Shown piece by piece: positions 61,628 through 64,000 of a stretch of DNA of 64,000 nt. The notes below the pieces were generated by a model that had not been told where the DNA came from, made no database searches, and was given only the letters and a program-made list of their open reading frames with translations. Source of the DNA: a virus. Its lineage: Duplodnaviria > Caudoviricetes. Position 1 is the first letter of the stretch; every line of letters begins with the position of its first letter. Location: IMG/VR virus record IMGVR_UViG_3300031760_000028, positions 1-64,000 of that record. One strand, written 5' to 3'. Both the position numbers and the translations under genes were made by a program.

Positions 61628-62644
61628 TTACATAGATTTTATGATAATATGTTTAATTTTTTGATTACCATAAAAAATATCTAAGTCACCAGTTTTCCCA
61701 TTTAAAAGTTGAAAAGTTGCAATAGTTTCATTCTCTGAAACAACAGCATCTTCTATCTTTAAATTAATTCCAGAAGTTTTATTTTTTACTTCCCATAAAG
61801 CATCAGGAATATATAAAGTGCGCACTGCAAATCGGTCATAAGGATATACTACAAGATCTTCATACTTATCATAATTATCTTGTATCTTTTGTTGCTCTTG
61901 CGCGCTAATCTCTTCAAACTGATTATTAAAATATTCTTTAACATGAACTTCTAAAATATCTTCAACTGAATTTGGGTTTACCGCTTGAACTTCCCACGGT
62001 TCTAATGTTCCTTCTATATTAGGAAGTTTAATAATCTTAAAACGCTTAAAAGTATTGAAAGTTTTTTCGTCTCTCTTAATATAAATTACTCTTGTATAAT
62101 TTAATTGATTATAAACTTCTTTATTTTTTCTAATCCAATCTAAAGTTTCTTGATTCTCTCCAACAGAAGAAAACCAGTACTGTACACCTTCTATCTCAAG
62201 CGGATACGGGTAACATTTTCGAATATCTGCCCTAAAATAAGCTAATTCTGTTAAATATCTTAATGTAATCAACCAACGAGTGCCTGTTTCCTTCCAAATA
62301 AAAGTGGTTCCGCACTTAATAGGAATTTTAACTCTTCCCTCGGACATTTTTCCAATTCTTGGTTTATTTAAACAAATATCTTCAAAAGGTACTGATAGCA
62401 TCTTCTTATCTTCATTAAACGTAGTTTTATCAGGATTAATTAAGCATCTAAATTCAAGCGTTTGAGGTTCATCATTAGATGAATTATCTATATAATCAGG
62501 ATTTTCAATAATCATGGTGTCAGCTTGATAAGAGTCTAACAGACCTTTTCGCAAACTGCGGTCTTTATCTTTTATCATTCGACTTTGCTGCTTCCCGCCA
62601 CCATTATATTGCAATCTTCGTTTCATATTTTCTAAAGCTTGCAT
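61628..62644 (-). CDS. Putative head closure/neck protein
   Basis: Position; G..FIWKETGTRWLI motif typical of stopper-type proteins; function inferred. Confidence 0.5.
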   Translation of the reverse strand: MQALENMKRRLQYNGGGKQQSRMIKDKDRSLRKGLLDSYQADTMIIENPDYIDNSSNDEPQTLEFRCLINPDKTTFNEDKKMLSVPFEDICLNKPRIGKMSEGRVKIPIKCGTTFIWKETGTRWLITLRYLTELAYFRADIRKCYPYPLEIEGVQYWFSSVGENQETLDWIRKNKEVYNQLNYTRVIYIKRDEKTFNTFKRFKIIKLPNIEGTLEPWEVQAVNPNSVEDILEVHVKEYFNNQFEEISAQEQQKIQDNYDKYEDLVVYPYDRFAVRTLYIPDALWEVKNKTSGINLKIEDAVVSENETIATFQLLNGKTGDLDIFYGNQKIKHIIIKSM

Positions 62645-62646
62645 AT

Positions 62647-62949
62647 TTAACTTATTTTACTTAGCAAAGCTAGACATTCAAAAATAGTTCTGCGATATAA
62701 AGGCATATCTTTGTCGTCCGCTAAGCTAAATAAACCTTCCAATTTACAAATAACTGGGAATAAATCAGACTGCAAGTCGAAAACCAGTCTATCCATCCCA
62801 ACAAGTTCTTCTATTATAGTTTCTAAAGGTTTTTCCCAGTCATTTCCTTCCTCGCGCATTGGAAGTAATTTATAAACTAAATTAATAATTCGTTTGAGGT
62901 TATGATTTAATGTTTCATTACTAACCTCAAAATTATATTTAGTCTTCAT
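62647..62949 (-). CDS. Hypothetical protein (MKTKYNF...)
   Basis: ATG 62949 overlaps the upstream stop; LIN.VYKLLPMREEG motif. Confidence 0.7.
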   Translation of the reverse strand: MKTKYNFEVSNETLNHNLKRIINLVYKLLPMREEGNDWEKPLETIIEELVGMDRLVFDLQSDLFPVICKLEGLFSLADDKDMPLYRRTIFECLALLSKIS

Positions 62950-63484
62950 ACCAAAAATCTTCTTTTTGAGTTTCCGGATCTTCATTACCTTGCGCGAATG
63001 GGTAAGTTAAATCCTCCATAATAGTGTGCATTGTAGAACGATAAACACCATTAGAATCTTTCTTTCTACGTTTATACAATCTTTGGAGATGAAAACCTTT
63101 TCTTTCATACTCTTTTTGAAGACTCTGTAATTTCGCTAAATGATTAGCTTGAGAAGTTAATTTAAAGTCTGCTCCGCTGTATTTCATTCGGGTATTTTCG
63201 ATACTAGCAAGCTGCTGGCCAATCCATTCTACCGTCATGTAAATAGCTAAAATTTTAATTTCCTCTGCGCTTAAATCACTAAGAAAATACCCTTCTTGAC
63301 CATCATCCCCGCCTTCATTAATTAGCTCAAATTCTAGCGACTTCCGCGGAAATTCAAACCACGGAATCGCAGATTCAAGTAAATCAAAAAGCATATTTGT
63401 AGTATCTTCATGTGTCATTTCCATATACATATCATCAGTAATCTGTCTAAGGAACGCATTATACACAATATTAAAATCGGTCAT
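62939..63484 (-). CDS. Putative head-tail adaptor
   Basis: Helical; DFKLTSQANHLAKL motif; first gene of the neck cluster; function inferred. Confidence 0.55.
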   Translation of the reverse strand: MTDFNIVYNAFLRQITDDMYMEMTHEDTTNMLFDLLESAIPWFEFPRKSLEFELINEGGDDGQEGYFLSDLSAEEIKILAIYMTVEWIGQQLASIENTRMKYSGADFKLTSQANHLAKLQSLQKEYERKGFHLQRLYKRRKKDSNGVYRSTMHTIMEDLTYPFAQGNEDPETQKEDFWYED

Positions 63485-63506
63485 GTTATTTGTTCCTCCT
63501 TACGTT

Positions 63507-64000
63507 TTATTTTGTTGATGATTGAACTACTTTTCTAACAGGTCCTTGTGTAGTAGTTGGAATAGATGCTTTTCGAGTAGGCTTATGCTGTTCAGCATCT
63601 TCTCCTTCAGCGGCCTTTGCATTTACAATCGCATTAGTAACACTAAATCCGGTTTTCTTTAATATAAGATCTCTTTTACCAATATCATTTAAAGGCAATG
63701 AAACTGATAAAGTTTTAATTAGCTCAATAACCCCTACAGGAGCAAAATTGAGAAGGTCTTCAAATTCATCCAACGACCCACTTATCATAAGCCTGCGCAC
63801 ATCTTCATCAGTATAATTATACTCTGGCTCGACCTGTCCAAGTAATTCTTGAATCGCCTCTTCATCTTTGATAATTAAATAGTTTTCAATGATATAGTTA
63901 CCACCCGGAACTTGAGATAACATAAATAATTCCTCAAAAGGAATATTCTTTAATTCATTAGGTTGATAATCTCTATGTAAATTATTTAAGTCAGGAATCG
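63507..64000 (-). CDS. Hypothetical protein, 5'-truncated by window end
   Basis: Frame stays open upstream of ATG 63923 (IPDLNNLHRDYQPNELKNIPFEELF-MLSQ...) to the window edge. Confidence 0.75.
   Translation of the reverse strand, partial: IPDLNNLHRDYQPNELKNIPFEELFMLSQVPGGNYIIENYLIIKDEEAIQELLGQVEPEYNYTDEDVRRLMISGSLDEFEDLLNFAPVGVIELIKTLSVSLPLNDIGKRDLILKKTGFSVTNAIVNAKAAEGEDAEQHKPTRKASIPTTTQGPVRKVVQSSTK

Noticed and set aside
122-62465. Antisense or nested ORFs in the track (e.g. 122-460, 3332-3703, 9120-9545, 13349-13687, 20116-20466, 29631-30137, 53741-54058, 57269-57763)
   Set aside because: They are shadows of well-supported genes or repeats, with no RBS/promoter support and no protein-like motifs.
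1-64000. tRNA, tmRNA or rRNA genes
   Set aside because: Intergenic gaps are short and accounted for by promoters/terminators; no cloverleaf or T-loop (GTTCRA) context was found by eye. tRNAscan-SE/ARAGORN would confirm.

Overview
AT-rich (roughly 30% GC by eye), gene-dense segment of a large tailed phage, probably infecting an anaerobic Firmicute (Clostridia/Lachnospiraceae-like). This is inferred from sigmaA-type promoters, AGGAGG RBSs, a class III RNR, an LL-H holin and an amidase/SH3b endolysin; no database search was run. It has two convergent arms meeting at a bidirectional terminator (37707-37746). The + arm (1-37708) holds lysis and DNA metabolism genes: PIN-PhoH, holin, endolysin, GyrB/GyrA with a free-standing endonuclease between them, ADP-ribosylglycohydrolase, NAD ligase, ClpP, ThyX-like, SSB/AAA recombination pair, DnaB-like helicase, primase, RecJ, adenine MTase, RecD-like helicase, DnaE, Gmk, NrdD, dUTPase and RuvC-like. 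The - arm (37745-64000) holds neck proteins, an Ig-tipped major tail protein, a 2766-aa tape measure and large tail-tip proteins. The best-supported hidden feature is a group I intron (30158-31306) splitting dnaE and carrying a GIY-YIG endonuclease looped out by a perfect 15-bp stem. The most novel-looking signal is a regulatory grammar: 15 sigmaA promoters, all with 17-bp spacers; a second, fixed-geometry non-sigmaA promoter-like motif (GG[A/T]C-N8-[T/A]TAA ... ATATA at +35) often embedded in or abutting terminator hairpins; and a conserved GAGA[T/G]AAAAGGAG leader before virion genes. No tRNA, CRISPR array, DGR, intein or stop-codon recoding was found.
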